64,000 nucleotides of DNA from Bacteroidales bacterium (GCA_045606705.1 JAZUSL010000068.1:68751-132750), one strand, 5' to 3'. Numbered from the stretch's first letter, positions 54,862 through 64,000 are shown. Program-made: numbers and translations. Notes: generated by a model from the letters alone, not told the origin.

Positions 54862-55566
54862 CTAAAGAGCAAGACGGAGACCAGTATGATCCAACTCATT
54901 TTTTTCTGATTTATATCGTCTATTAGTAACTCGACAAATTCTTTCGCTATAGTACCAACCACCGCCACGATACACACGATATGAACCAGTAGTTGCTTTA
55001 GGATTGGTCTGTGGTCTACTATTTTATCTTGCATACATATCATGGCACCATTCCCATACATTGCCACTCATGTCATAAATGCCTAACTCATTATGTTTTT
55101 TCTTTTTCACACCACCATTGTAATTATTTTCACCGAACCATGCAACATCTTCTATATTATTACTACCACTGTATTTATATCCCTTAGATTTTTTCCCTCC
55201 TCTCACAGCATATTCCCATTCCGCTTCTGTTGGAAATCTAAAGTTCTTACCTGTAAGTTCATTTAATTTTTCAATAAATTCCTTACATTTATCCCACGAC
55301 ATATATATTACTGCTTCATCATTGGAATTAAAATATTTTGTTCCCATTACAGCATTCCATAGCTCTTGAGTAACTTCAGTTTCTCCAATATAATAATCAG
55401 AAAGCGTTACAGAATGTACAGGTTTTTCATCATTATATGCATCTTTATCATAATTATCTGCATTGACATCTTCATTTTGTGCACCCATTTTAAATGTTCC
55501 ACCTTCAACCTTTATCATGGTAAAAGATACTCCATTAACTGTAAAAGTCTGGTTTATTCCTTTCAC
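54862..55566 (-). pseudogene. FGE-sulfatase (SUMF1-like) domain gene fragment with in-frame TAA
   Basis: Track ORF 55024-55566 stops at TAA (55024-55026). The same frame continues NSRPQTNPKATTGSYRVYRGGGWYYSERICRVTNRRYKSEKNELDHTGLRLAL to TAG at 54862-54864 and aligns with the C-terminus of the 57613-58917 paralog. It lacks the signal peptide and N-domain, and an in-frame TGA lies upstream at 55597-55599. Confidence 0.7.
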
Positions 55567-55614
55567 ACCAGTTTTATTTACAGAAGTTGTTGTCCATCAT
55601 TTGTTGTTTGTGTA

Positions 55615-56112
55615 TTATTTCGTGTTTGGGGGATAGTTTATTACTGTATATATAACCTCTTCGAAACCACCATGACCCATTGCCGAAGACAATTTCGCCA
55701 TAAATTCATCATCCATACTTTCAACAATTAATATATACCTATATATTTCATCATCTTCAATTTCTGCCAAGATAGTACACTCATATTTATTTCCCCAACA
55801 GTCACCTTCTCTATATATCAATTTAGACCAAAGTTTCATATATTCTAAAGTAGACATTCCCCCATAAGTCACATCTGGCAATGTCAAAATTGAAATAGCA
55901 TATTTTTTAAGTTCAGGTCCTGAGATAATCCTATAATTATTCATATGCAAAAAACGAGGATTCTCTATCAATGATTTTTCATCATCATCTCCATCGTTAA
56001 CATTTACCATATCTGTTGATTCACAAACCCTCAATAATGGTTCATTTGCATAACTCATAATCGAGAATGCAAATAAAAACAATAATGCTAATGTTCTTTT
56101 TTTCATTTCCAT
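55615..56112 (-). CDS. hypothetical secreted protein
   Basis: 165 aa with a signal peptide (LLFLFAFSIMSYA). No family recognised. Confidence 0.45.
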   Translation of the reverse strand: MEMKKRTLALLFLFAFSIMSYANEPLLRVCESTDMVNVNDGDDDEKSLIENPRFLHMNNYRIISGPELKKYAISILTLPDVTYGGMSTLEYMKLWSKLIYREGDCWGNKYECTILAEIEDDEIYRYILIVESMDDEFMAKLSSAMGHGGFEEVIYTVINYPPNTK

Positions 56113-56230
56113 ATTCTTTTATATCATTTATAATTCAAGGCGGGTTCTATTTATTAACTTTTTTTCTTTAATTATGGGCAGAACCGCATTATTCCGATGA
56201 TTGAAGATTTATATTGAATCATTTTATAAA

Positions 56231-56273
56231 AAAGTCTCTGTATATGAATTTGTAATTCATATACAGAGACTTT
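56231..56273. terminator. 20-bp perfect inverted repeat with 3-nt loop
   Basis: aaagtctctgtatatgaatt (56231-56250) pairs perfectly with aattcatatacagagacttt (56254-56273); A run on one side, T run on the other. Confidence 0.6.
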
Positions 56274-56512
56274 CATTTAATGAATTTATTCTTTCCTAAT
56301 ATTTGTATGTTATTTTCCATATTATATCCTTTCATTTTTCAGTTCAGCAAAGTTAATAATTTTATTTCAAAAATACAATAGTTTTTTAATATTTTTTTAT
56401 AAAAAATAGGGAGGATAACTTATTGATTATCCAATATTTAGTCTAAAATCCAATCAGGATGATACTTCTTTATCTGCACCAATCTGCACATATTATAAAC
56501 AAGGTTAGTGAA

Positions 56513-57492
56513 TCAGATGTAGAACTTTGCCCTTACCATTCCGACTCCTCTTAAAAACAGCCCCTTCATGCTCTGTTCCATAAAACCATAGACATTCTCG
56601 ATGCGGCAGCGTGTCTTCGACTTGACTCTGTTGTTTTCTTTCTGTTCTTCTGTAAGAGATTTGTATCTGTATCCTTTTTCTATTATCAGCGGAGTCATAC
56701 CCTTTGACTTCACCGTTTCCTCTGTGCCGACATACGCCGAGTCAAACCAGCAGTATTCTCATTCTTTATTATCGCCATCTATCAGAACATCAATAATTGT
56801 CGAATCGTGGACGCTTGCCGGTGTCACCACGAAGTTCTTGATCATCTTGGTCTTCTCTATGACTATCGTATGATCCTTATATCCATAATAATTAACCCCG
56901 CCTTTTTTCGTCCTGCGTGGGTCAACATCCTTATGACATTTCTTGTGGGGATTGTCATTCCATAGTTCTCCGCCTTCTCATTCCTTTATCTTTTTGTTCT
57001 CATCACGTGTATTCCTTTGTTTCGGTACCATCACAAAACTTGCGTCAACTATCTTTCCCTCATTGACAATCAGTCCCATCGAAACAAGCTGCTCATTGAA
57101 CTTCTCAAAAAACTTTATGCCGATTCCTGCGTTAGCCATGATATTCTTGTATTTCCACACTATCTTCTCGTCGGGAACGTCATCTACGCTCTGGATGTCG
57201 AGAAAGTCCCTGAAGCTCATCCTGTCCTTTATCTGATACTCGACTAATTGTCGCTGATATTGTATAGTCTCTGAAGAAACAGCTTCTTCAGCATGAAAAC
57301 GGGATCGATAGGCTTGCGACCCGCATTGTTCTTCTTGCTGTTGTTTGTAAACAACTTCTAAAGTTCATTCCTAAACTGTTCAAAATCAACAATCTCTTTC
57401 AACATCACAAGCGGAATCCCCATCTTCGATAACGATTCCAATGTGTTTTCCTGTTCAAACAAGCCTAATTCTGTTTTCTTCTGATATTTCAT
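56513..57492 (-). mobile_element. decayed IS5-family (DDE_Tnp_1) transposase gene
   Basis: The reverse reading gives MKYQKKTELGLFEQ...FRNEL*(TAG 57358-57360)...LYNISDN, a frameshift near 57250, then QLEYQIKDRMSFRDFL...KIKE*(TGA 56978-56980)...DGDNKE*(TGA 56759-56761)EYCWFDSAY...RCRIENVYGFMEQ. Inverted-repeat ends were not identified. Confidence 0.75.
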
Positions 57493-57612
57493 ATATTTTC
57501 AAATTTATAGCAATTACAATAAAAATATCATTTCAACCCAATGATTGTCAATGCTTTATTTTATAAAAATCACCCTAATATATGTAAGCTATTATAACAA
57601 TCTTCATTTTTA

Positions 57613-58917
57613 TTATAAAACCAAACGCATTCCATAACTAAAATATCTTGAATCTGGAGTACTTCCTGCACGTCTTAATACTTCACATTCTTCAGGAAAA
57701 CAATACCAACTTCCACCCCTAAGAATTCGTTGAGTACCACTATTAGAGCCTTTAGGATCTATTTGTATCCCACTATTTAAAGTAGCTCTCCAATCTTCGC
57801 ACCATTCCCATACATTTCCAGACATATCAAAAATACCCAACTCATTTGAGAGTTTTGTTTTTATCTTATGAGGTTTAAATGAACTATTATCATAATACCA
57901 AGCCACTTTCTCAATTGTGTTACCACCACTATATTTGCATCCTTCTGATTTACCACCACCTCTAGCAGCAAATTCCCATTCCGCTTCTGTTGGTAATCTA
58001 AAACTTTCTCCAGTAATTTTATTCAAATTTTGAATAAATTCCTGGCAATCATACCAAGATATACTTTCCACAGGATTTTGATCATGTTCAAAATTACTTG
58101 GATTTTCACCCATAACAGCCTTCCAGAGTTCTTGTGTAACTTCTGTCTCTCCAATATAATAGTCAGATAATTTCACTACACATGTTTGTTTATCATCATT
58201 ATCTTTTTCTGAATTTGATCCCATCACAAACGTTCCTCCTTTTACTTCAATCATTGAAAAAGATACACCATTAACAATAAAAGTTTTACTATTTGGAAAA
58301 TTAAATTCCACTCTTTCATTTCCTCCATCACGTAAAACATTTATTATTTTGGCAATTATAATTCCATTTCTTTCTGCTTTTATAGTGTGTGTTCCAAATG
58401 GAATAATTAAAGTCATTGGTGATTTTCCCACATATTCTTCATCTATGTAAATTTCATCATTAGGTTTATCCGTCAATATAGATATTTCCTTACCTATATT
58501 CATATAATTTGCTTCTATATCAGACACTAAGGGCGTATACTTCACCACCATCTCGTAAACACAATAGTCACATAAATTTTCTAATTTATATTTACACTCT
58601 CCATAATCAGGATGTGCTATCTTTAGAAATGTTGCATTCTTTGCTGTAAGATATACCAAAACTTTTCCTGTATCATACTCTTTTATTACCTGAGTCGCCA
58701 TATTACCTGTAAAGCGTAGGCGACCTCTTTCGTATTCATTGATATTTTCTGTAGAAATTTTTATCAATGCCATCGGGTAGTTATTAATGTCTGTGTATTC
58801 ATTTTTATTAAGAATAACCCCTCCTGGGATATGCTTAAAAGAACCTTCTTTAACACTGATTTGCGAAAAGGCTTCCATCGAAATCAACACAAATAATATG
58901 AGAATAAGTTTTTTCAT
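57613..58917 (-). CDS. secreted protein: same N-domain as 50372-52228, PEGA-like repeat, C-terminal FGE-sulfatase (SUMF1-like) domain
   Basis: 434 aa with a signal peptide; PMALIKISTENI, FTGNMAT, YEMVVKYTPL, DEIYIDEEYVGKSP, RLPTEAEWEFAARGG, GNVWEWC and RGGSWY. Confidence 0.75.
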   Translation of the reverse strand: MKKLILILFVLISMEAFSQISVKEGSFKHIPGGVILNKNEYTDINNYPMALIKISTENINEYERGRLRFTGNMATQVIKEYDTGKVLVYLTAKNATFLKIAHPDYGECKYKLENLCDYCVYEMVVKYTPLVSDIEANYMNIGKEISILTDKPNDEIYIDEEYVGKSPMTLIIPFGTHTIKAERNGIIIAKIINVLRDGGNERVEFNFPNSKTFIVNGVSFSMIEVKGGTFVMGSNSEKDNDDKQTCVVKLSDYYIGETEVTQELWKAVMGENPSNFEHDQNPVESISWYDCQEFIQNLNKITGESFRLPTEAEWEFAARGGGKSEGCKYSGGNTIEKVAWYYDNSSFKPHKIKTKLSNELGIFDMSGNVWEWCEDWRATLNSGIQIDPKGSNSGTQRILRGGSWYCFPEECEVLRRAGSTPDSRYFSYGMRLVL

Positions 58918-58942
58918 ATTGTTTTTTCAAATTATAAAAAAG

Positions 58943-58984
58943 AGAAGTATCAACAATTTCAAATTAAATCATTGATACGTCTAC
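58943..58984. repeat. hairpin element, AGACG...CGTCT family, copy 4 (weaker)
   Basis: agaagtatcaa pairs with ttgatacgtct in 10 of 11 positions, has an 18-nt loop and is followed by AC. Confidence 0.5.
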
Positions 58985-59002
58985 TTGTTGTATTAATATA
59001 TT

Positions 59003-61747
59003 CTAACTTAATAACTTCTTTATTGCTCTGCCGGCTTCTCCGACAATCATAACAGGTAATGTTCCTAAAATGATATACATCCAATCTTTGGCATTCATTG
59101 CTTCAACATTGAACATCTCGCTGCCGAAGCTAACGATAAGCAACTGACCTGCAAGGATGACGAACAATGCAAGACCAAAGCCTGCGATGACGTCTTTTCT
59201 GAACAATCCTTTAAACGCTGAACCATCGCTGTGGAATGCCTTAGCGTTAAATAAGTTCCAGAACTGCAAAAACACAAATATCGTAAAGATATAAGTTTGT
59301 TCTATCGGTGAGATGCCATGTGAAGCAATATTGAAGTTGAAATAATTTCTGAAATATTCCGCGAATGAGAAGTCAGTTAATGTCGTCACTTCTGCATGTT
59401 TGAAATATTGTACGAGACCGAACATAAAGAGGACGAAGAAAAAACCTACACCAAATATTTGCCACATCATAGGTTTCGTGATGATATTGGCGTCTCTGCT
59501 ACGCGGTTTCTCTTTCATCACCATTTCTGAAGGTGGCAATGATGCGAGAGCGAGAGCAGCGAATGTATCCATAATGAGGTTCACCCAAAGCATCTGCGTC
59601 ACGGTGAGAACCATCTCTGTTCCTAACAATGCGCCGAGCATCACGATGAGACATGCTGCGACGTTGATAGTCATTTGGAAAACAACGAAACGTTGGATGT
59701 TGATATACAACGATCTTCCCCACATCACAGCACGAGCGATACTGTTGAATGAGTTGTCGAGGATTGTGATGTCTGAAGCCTCTTTTGCCACTGTAGTTCC
59801 ATCGCCCATTGAGAGACCGACCTGAGCCGCCTTCAATGCAGGAGCGTCGTTAGTACCGTCGCCTGTAACAGCAACGACTTCGCCATCACTTTGTAACAAT
59901 CTCACGAGACGTTCCTTATCCATAGGACGTGCACGCGACATAATCTTAATCTTATGCATGACCGACAAAGCCTCTTCATCAGAAAGAGCTTCCCAGTCTT
60001 TACCTGTGATATGATTTACATCTTTTGAATCTGTTCCTAACCAAAGTCCTAACTGACGACCGATTTCGATTGCAGTACCTGGAGTGTCACCGGTGACGAT
60101 TTTAACATCGATACCTGCCGACATACAGTTTCTCACTGCTTCTGCGACATCACCACGGATAGGGTCAGCGATGGCAACAACACCTAATAATATAAAGTTT
60201 TCTGCTACGAGATCATCTGTATTAGGGTCGAATGATTGTTCGTTAGGATCGCCGACTTTATAAGCGAAAGCCAAAGTACGCATTGCCTTACCTTGATATT
60301 CCAAGAGTTGTCTTTCAACATCTAAGCGATAAGGAGTAATATCGACATTACCTTCCGGTGTAGCTATCTTATTACAATGTTTCAACAAGATTTCAGGAGC
60401 GCCTTTCACATAAAATATCGGTTTTCCCATCGCTGGCGACTCTACTATAGATGCCATGAATTTATACTTAGTCGAGAACGGCACCTGCTGATACATCTTA
60501 ACTCCTTCTCTGAGTTGCATATAATCAACGCCTTGCTTATTCAACCAAAGCAACAAAGCACCTTCTGTAGGATTACCGATAGCTTTAATCTTTTTCTCAT
60601 CGCTGAAGTCTAAGAAAGCTGTTGTGTTGAGAGCGAGACTTTCTTTGATGAGATTGCTTATTTCATTATCAGATAATTGTTTATCAGGAAGAGCGAGGAA
60701 ACTCATATCATTAACGCTCATTTGGTTTTGAGTAAGAGTTCCAGTCTTGTCTGTACAGATAACGGTAGCTGCACCCATTGTCTCGCAGGCGTGCATCTTT
60801 CTCACTAAGTTGTTAGCTGTAAGCATACGTTTCATACTTAAAGCCAAACTGAGGGTAACGCTCATAGGGAGACCTTCAGGAACAGAGACGACTATGATTG
60901 TCACAGCCATCATCAAGGTGTTGAGGAGATATTGTGCGAAGCCGAGCCATTCAAATGTCTCACCAGAGGTGAAGAACATCACGAGGCGCATCACCAAGAT
61001 AATTCCTGCTATTATATAACTTGCTACTGTAATAATCTTTCCGAGATGATCGAGTTGGTTGTCGAGAGGAGTTTTAATGTTGTTTTCAATTTGTGAGCCT
61101 TGATAGACCTTACCCCATTCTGTTGCGTCGCCTACTTTGTCGACTATCATCACGCCATGACCGTCGATGACCTTACTTCCGCGGAGGACGTAATTTGAAG
61201 GATAAGTGGCGTCATGTTTGAAGTCTTTAGGGTCGATGGTTTTTGTTGCCATTGGTTCACCTGTGAGGTCAGACTCATTGACTTGTAGTGAGAAAGCATC
61301 GATGAGTTCACCGTCGGCTGGCACTTCATCGCCTGTCTCGATGATGACGACATCGCCTACGACTATCTCTTTACGACCGATGACAGTGATGTTTCCGTTA
61401 CGTACCACTTTCACTTCTTCGTCATCGCTGACTTTATTAAGAACTTCAAATTTTTTGTTAGCGCTAACTTCAAAGGCGAAGCCGATGCAAGTGGCGAGCA
61501 TGATAGCCACGAAGATTCCTATCGGTTCGAATAAGACGGAGAGACCTTCATCGTGAGCGAAGAACTCATAAAGAGAAACACCCACTGATAGTGCCAGCGC
61601 TATCAACAGGATTCTGATGATAGGATCTTTAAATTTTTCTAAAAACTGATGCCAGAGAGATTCTTTTTCTGGTGGTGTCAAAACATTAGAGCCATGCTTC
61701 TTACGACTTTCTTCAACTTGCTCATTTGTTAAACCTTTGTGTGTCAT
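59003..61747 (-). CDS. P-type Ca2+-transporting ATPase (type II, PMCA/SERCA-like)
   Basis: 914 aa with phosphorylation site CTDKTGTLT, hinge TGDGTNDAPAL, TM4 motif VPEGLP and 10 TMs. Confidence 0.9.
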   Translation of the reverse strand: MTHKGLTNEQVEESRKKHGSNVLTPPEKESLWHQFLEKFKDPIIRILLIALALSVGVSLYEFFAHDEGLSVLFEPIGIFVAIMLATCIGFAFEVSANKKFEVLNKVSDDEEVKVVRNGNITVIGRKEIVVGDVVIIETGDEVPADGELIDAFSLQVNESDLTGEPMATKTIDPKDFKHDATYPSNYVLRGSKVIDGHGVMIVDKVGDATEWGKVYQGSQIENNIKTPLDNQLDHLGKIITVASYIIAGIILVMRLVMFFTSGETFEWLGFAQYLLNTLMMAVTIIVVSVPEGLPMSVTLSLALSMKRMLTANNLVRKMHACETMGAATVICTDKTGTLTQNQMSVNDMSFLALPDKQLSDNEISNLIKESLALNTTAFLDFSDEKKIKAIGNPTEGALLLWLNKQGVDYMQLREGVKMYQQVPFSTKYKFMASIVESPAMGKPIFYVKGAPEILLKHCNKIATPEGNVDITPYRLDVERQLLEYQGKAMRTLAFAYKVGDPNEQSFDPNTDDLVAENFILLGVVAIADPIRGDVAEAVRNCMSAGIDVKIVTGDTPGTAIEIGRQLGLWLGTDSKDVNHITGKDWEALSDEEALSVMHKIKIMSRARPMDKERLVRLLQSDGEVVAVTGDGTNDAPALKAAQVGLSMGDGTTVAKEASDITILDNSFNSIARAVMWGRSLYINIQRFVVFQMTINVAACLIVMLGALLGTEMVLTVTQMLWVNLIMDTFAALALASLPPSEMVMKEKPRSRDANIITKPMMWQIFGVGFFFVLFMFGLVQYFKHAEVTTLTDFSFAEYFRNYFNFNIASHGISPIEQTYIFTIFVFLQFWNLFNAKAFHSDGSAFKGLFRKDVIAGFGLALFVILAGQLLIVSFGSEMFNVEAMNAKDWMYIILGTLPVMIVGEAGRAIKKLLS

Positions 61748-61764
61748 ATACTAAAATTTAAACT

Positions 61765-62247
61765 TTATTTCTTTTCTAATAATTTTCTGAATCTTTGTTT
61801 ATCTGTTTCTTTCTTAAATTGAATCATATTGCAGATGTTATCCAAACTTATCTCTTTAGTCACATAAGTAACATAAGTATTGCCGATTAGTTTTGTTTCC
61901 GATCGACAAATTGTCTTTATATTTTTAAACACTTTATATGAAGAAATCAAAGCAGTATCAGAATACATCTCATAAAAGAAGGCATCATCTTCCATAGTCA
62001 TGGTTTCCATTACACGAGTCACTGTTGATGATACCATCTTAGACAATTCAGCGACTGCAGTTATATTCGCCATTTTATATGATTCGTTACGGGCTTTTGA
62101 ATGATTACCATTAATTATATCTTGATACCCTGATGCTGTATATCTGTAATAACAATTATCTGAACAATAGTCAGAGCAATCATCATTTTGAGCTTTCAAC
62201 ATATTCATTATTAGTATAAACAAAGTGCAAAGATATATCTTTTTCAT
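61765..62247 (-). CDS. hypothetical secreted Cys-rich protein, LPP20-like
   Basis: 160 aa with a signal peptide and DDCSDYCSDNCYY. ARNESYKMANITAVAELSKMVSSTV resembles the LPP20 helix-strand core (weak). Confidence 0.45.
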   Translation of the reverse strand: MKKIYLCTLFILIMNMLKAQNDDCSDYCSDNCYYRYTASGYQDIINGNHSKARNESYKMANITAVAELSKMVSSTVTRVMETMTMEDDAFFYEMYSDTALISSYKVFKNIKTICRSETKLIGNTYVTYVTKEISLDNICNMIQFKKETDKQRFRKLLEKK

Positions 62248-63194
62248 TTCTCAATTATCTCCCAATCAGCATAAAGATTATTATTTTTCAACGAAAGCGT
62301 CTTAAGTGAGCATGAGATGATTGTTCTCATAACCAAACGTGATATATCCTGATTCTTATCAGTATATGCTCCATTATTTTCATGTGTTATTTGTCTTGTC
62401 GTATTTTCGACTACGACACTATTAGATTCAAATAATGTAAGTGCTTGAAAGTATGTATCAATCAAACTATTCCATAAACCGTATTCATTTTTGGAAAAGA
62501 TCATGTCATCATTTGTTTTTCCGTAGTCGTTATATATCGGAGATAATCTCTTCAGAGAATATACCGTTTCGTCGTAAGAGCTTATCTTGGAATAATTATT
62601 ACCGGATATTGTAGAACACCAGTTCATGGATTTAATTGTATCAGATGATATGATCTTCAGGAGTTGTTTTTCTCCATATTCATTTTTTCCGTTATGATAT
62701 TCATAATGATACATAAAAGAGCCAGACACATCAATGTCGGCGGTATCTGTGACTGAAGTAAACCACGATGAGTTTTCATCTGTATCTTCTATGATCGAAA
62801 TCAAGACTATGGTTTCATTATATTTTGTACGGTATGTTTTCTTAACCTTATAAGGAATGCTTTTCAAGGAAGTTTCGAAATCTGCAATCCAGTGTGATTT
62901 TTGGTTATCGTGATTATTGTGGTTCAAATCGGCATTAAGGTAATAATATTCATAGACCGACGAGAACTCAACATTTTTACTCAATACATACAACAACAGC
63001 GCTCTATTGACGGCTTGGTTGTATGACATGACGGTATCTTTAATAGGATCGGATATTCCTATAAATCCTTTATTATTGATCCAGTTGGGAATATCGACAC
63101 CACCAGATACGGGGGAAATTATTGTTTCCCCCGTATCTTTAACATTCAATGTTCTTGCAATCAACAGCAAGACTATGAGTAATAGTGTCTTCAA
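62244..63194 (-). CDS. hypothetical secreted protein, LPP20-like N-terminal region
   Basis: 316 aa with a signal peptide and YNQAVNRALLLYVLSKNVEFSS. Overlaps the downstream gene by 4 nt. Confidence 0.45.
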   Translation of the reverse strand: MKTLLLIVLLLIARTLNVKDTGETIISPVSGGVDIPNWINNKGFIGISDPIKDTVMSYNQAVNRALLLYVLSKNVEFSSVYEYYYLNADLNHNNHDNQKSHWIADFETSLKSIPYKVKKTYRTKYNETIVLISIIEDTDENSSWFTSVTDTADIDVSGSFMYHYEYHNGKNEYGEKQLLKIISSDTIKSMNWCSTISGNNYSKISSYDETVYSLKRLSPIYNDYGKTNDDMIFSKNEYGLWNSLIDTYFQALTLFESNSVVVENTTRQITHENNGAYTDKNQDISRLVMRTIISCSLKTLSLKNNNLYADWEIIEK

Positions 63195-63207
63195 ATTAAT
63201 TCAATAA

Positions 63208-63750
63208 TTATAATTTGCTCATTTCATCTTCGAGAACTTTCTTGAATTTTTCATATTCGAAGTCTGTTCTGAGTTTTTCATCATCGTTGATTTGTGATGC
63301 GATGTCATCTAACACTGATTTACCTGTCAATTCAACACAAGCAAAGCAAATTGTGTTACCTGGAGTGCTACCTGGCATTGTACCTTCACATGTTGGAGGT
63401 GTGCCGTTAACTTTTTGTTGGATAACTGTGCGGCTGATGTCTTGAACACGTTGTTTAAATTCGCTGTTTTCACCATCGATATATTCGCTTGTATAGTCAT
63501 CTACAACACGTTTGATTGTTGCTTCAATCATTGCAGCCAATTCTTTACGAGCTGTGTTAGCAGCCATTGAACGTGCTTGTTGAATTTGTCTGTCACCTGT
63601 TGCAACATGTTGACCTAAGTATTTAAATACTTCTGTTGTTGCTTGGCAATCAGGACAAGGAAGATTTGATGTTACAGATTTTTCTGAACCGCAAGAAGCC
63701 ATTACTAAAGTCAATAATGCTGCTCCTAAGAATAAAGAAATCTTTTTCAT
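63208..63750 (-). CDS. lipoprotein, LPP20-like
   Basis: 180 aa with lipobox LVMASCGS. QQARSMAANTARKELAAMIEATIKRVV fits the LPP20-type pattern as I remember it. Confidence 0.5.
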   Translation of the reverse strand: MKKISLFLGAALLTLVMASCGSEKSVTSNLPCPDCQATTEVFKYLGQHVATGDRQIQQARSMAANTARKELAAMIEATIKRVVDDYTSEYIDGENSEFKQRVQDISRTVIQQKVNGTPPTCEGTMPGSTPGNTICFACVELTGKSVLDDIASQINDDEKLRTDFEYEKFKKVLEDEMSKL

Positions 63751-63800
63751 TTTGTTAATTTTTTAATTACGCCTACTCTTTGCTTTTCGGCATCCGCTTT

Positions 63801-64000
63801 TTATTTGTTTTTATCTTCTAAATTTTTCCATTTGATCGGAACATCTCTCATTTCAATGTCACATCCGCTTATCGTGAATCTCAATGCCGCAAGTTTTGGG
63901 TTTTTCTTTGGCAGCATCTGACCGACTTCCCATGAAGCCTTCACTGGCACATCCGTAAGTGTCTCAAAGCTATCTGTAGGATAACTATCAGAAAAGATGT
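63801..64000 (-). CDS. C-terminal end of an unidentified gene running off the right edge
   Basis: Open minus-strand frame IFSDSYPTDSFETLTDVPVKASWEVGQMLPKKNPKLAALRFTISGCDIEMRDVPIKWKNLEDKNK, ending at TAA 63801-63803. No family recognised. Confidence 0.4.
   Translation of the reverse strand, partial: IFSDSYPTDSFETLTDVPVKASWEVGQMLPKKNPKLAALRFTISGCDIEMRDVPIKWKNLEDKNK

Noticed and set aside
54813-55067. 84-aa ORF overlapping the end of the FGE-like ORF.
   Set aside because: Its first two thirds are the out-of-frame translation of the FGE-domain tail that continues in frame past the TAA at 55024-55026. Only the last ~28 hydrophobic residues are unexplained, which is too little to call a gene.
56759-56980. 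In-frame TGA codons in the transposase as a hint of an alternative genetic code (TGA as a sense codon).
   Set aside because: Clearly functional genes in the window terminate at TGA (for example 6096-6098, 23775-23777, 27183-27185 and 52404-52406 on the minus strand). The same element also carries a TAG and a frameshift, so decay is the simpler explanation.
50372-58917. An active, complete DGR in this island.
   Set aside because: No ORF in the six-frame track has reverse-transcriptase motifs, and I found no second near-identical copy of the candidate variable region within the window. Only the orphan or remote-target hypothesis is kept as a finding.

Overview
This is a 64-kb AT-rich chromosomal segment that looks like a Bacteroidota (Bacteroidales-type) genome. 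Supporting markers are a T9SS type-B sorting-domain protein, a GWxTD protein, the DUF1573-yajC-ybbR-coaE block, a CarboxypepD_reg-type TonB receptor behind a TPP riboswitch, and TAnnTTTG -7 promoter boxes in front of many genes. I count about 58 protein genes, mostly housekeeping (trxA, dnaE, tex, clpB, rarA, split transketolase, aroQ, trkH, Ca-ATPase). There are 2 intact tRNA-Ser genes plus one defective copy, and one decayed IS5-family transposase. I found no rRNA and no CRISPR. Four parts deserve a second look. (i) A DUF3791-DUF3990-DUF3791 mini-cassette at 5.8-6.8 kb has a central protein with a PARP-like H-Y-E motif set and is followed by an M48/TerB-like protease. (ii) The 48.3-58.9 kb stretch is a decaying island of paralogous secreted PEGA proteins ending in C-type-lectin-fold domains (Fib_succ/DUF1566-like or FGE-sulfatase-like). 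One of them has a sharply GC-rich, NNC-codon-rich 3' end exactly where DGR variable regions sit, although no RT or template repeat is in the window. The island also holds a nonsense-interrupted paralog fragment and an IS remnant. (iii) Three signal-peptide LPP20-like genes lie in an apparent operon with a P-type Ca2+ ATPase. (iv) A pervasive layer of intergenic 7-8-nt-period degenerate tandem tracts, mosaic repeat modules and an AGACG...CGTCT hairpin family runs through the window, and one tract is embedded in frame inside dnaE. None of these can be proven to be a new system from sequence alone; candidates are ranked in findings.
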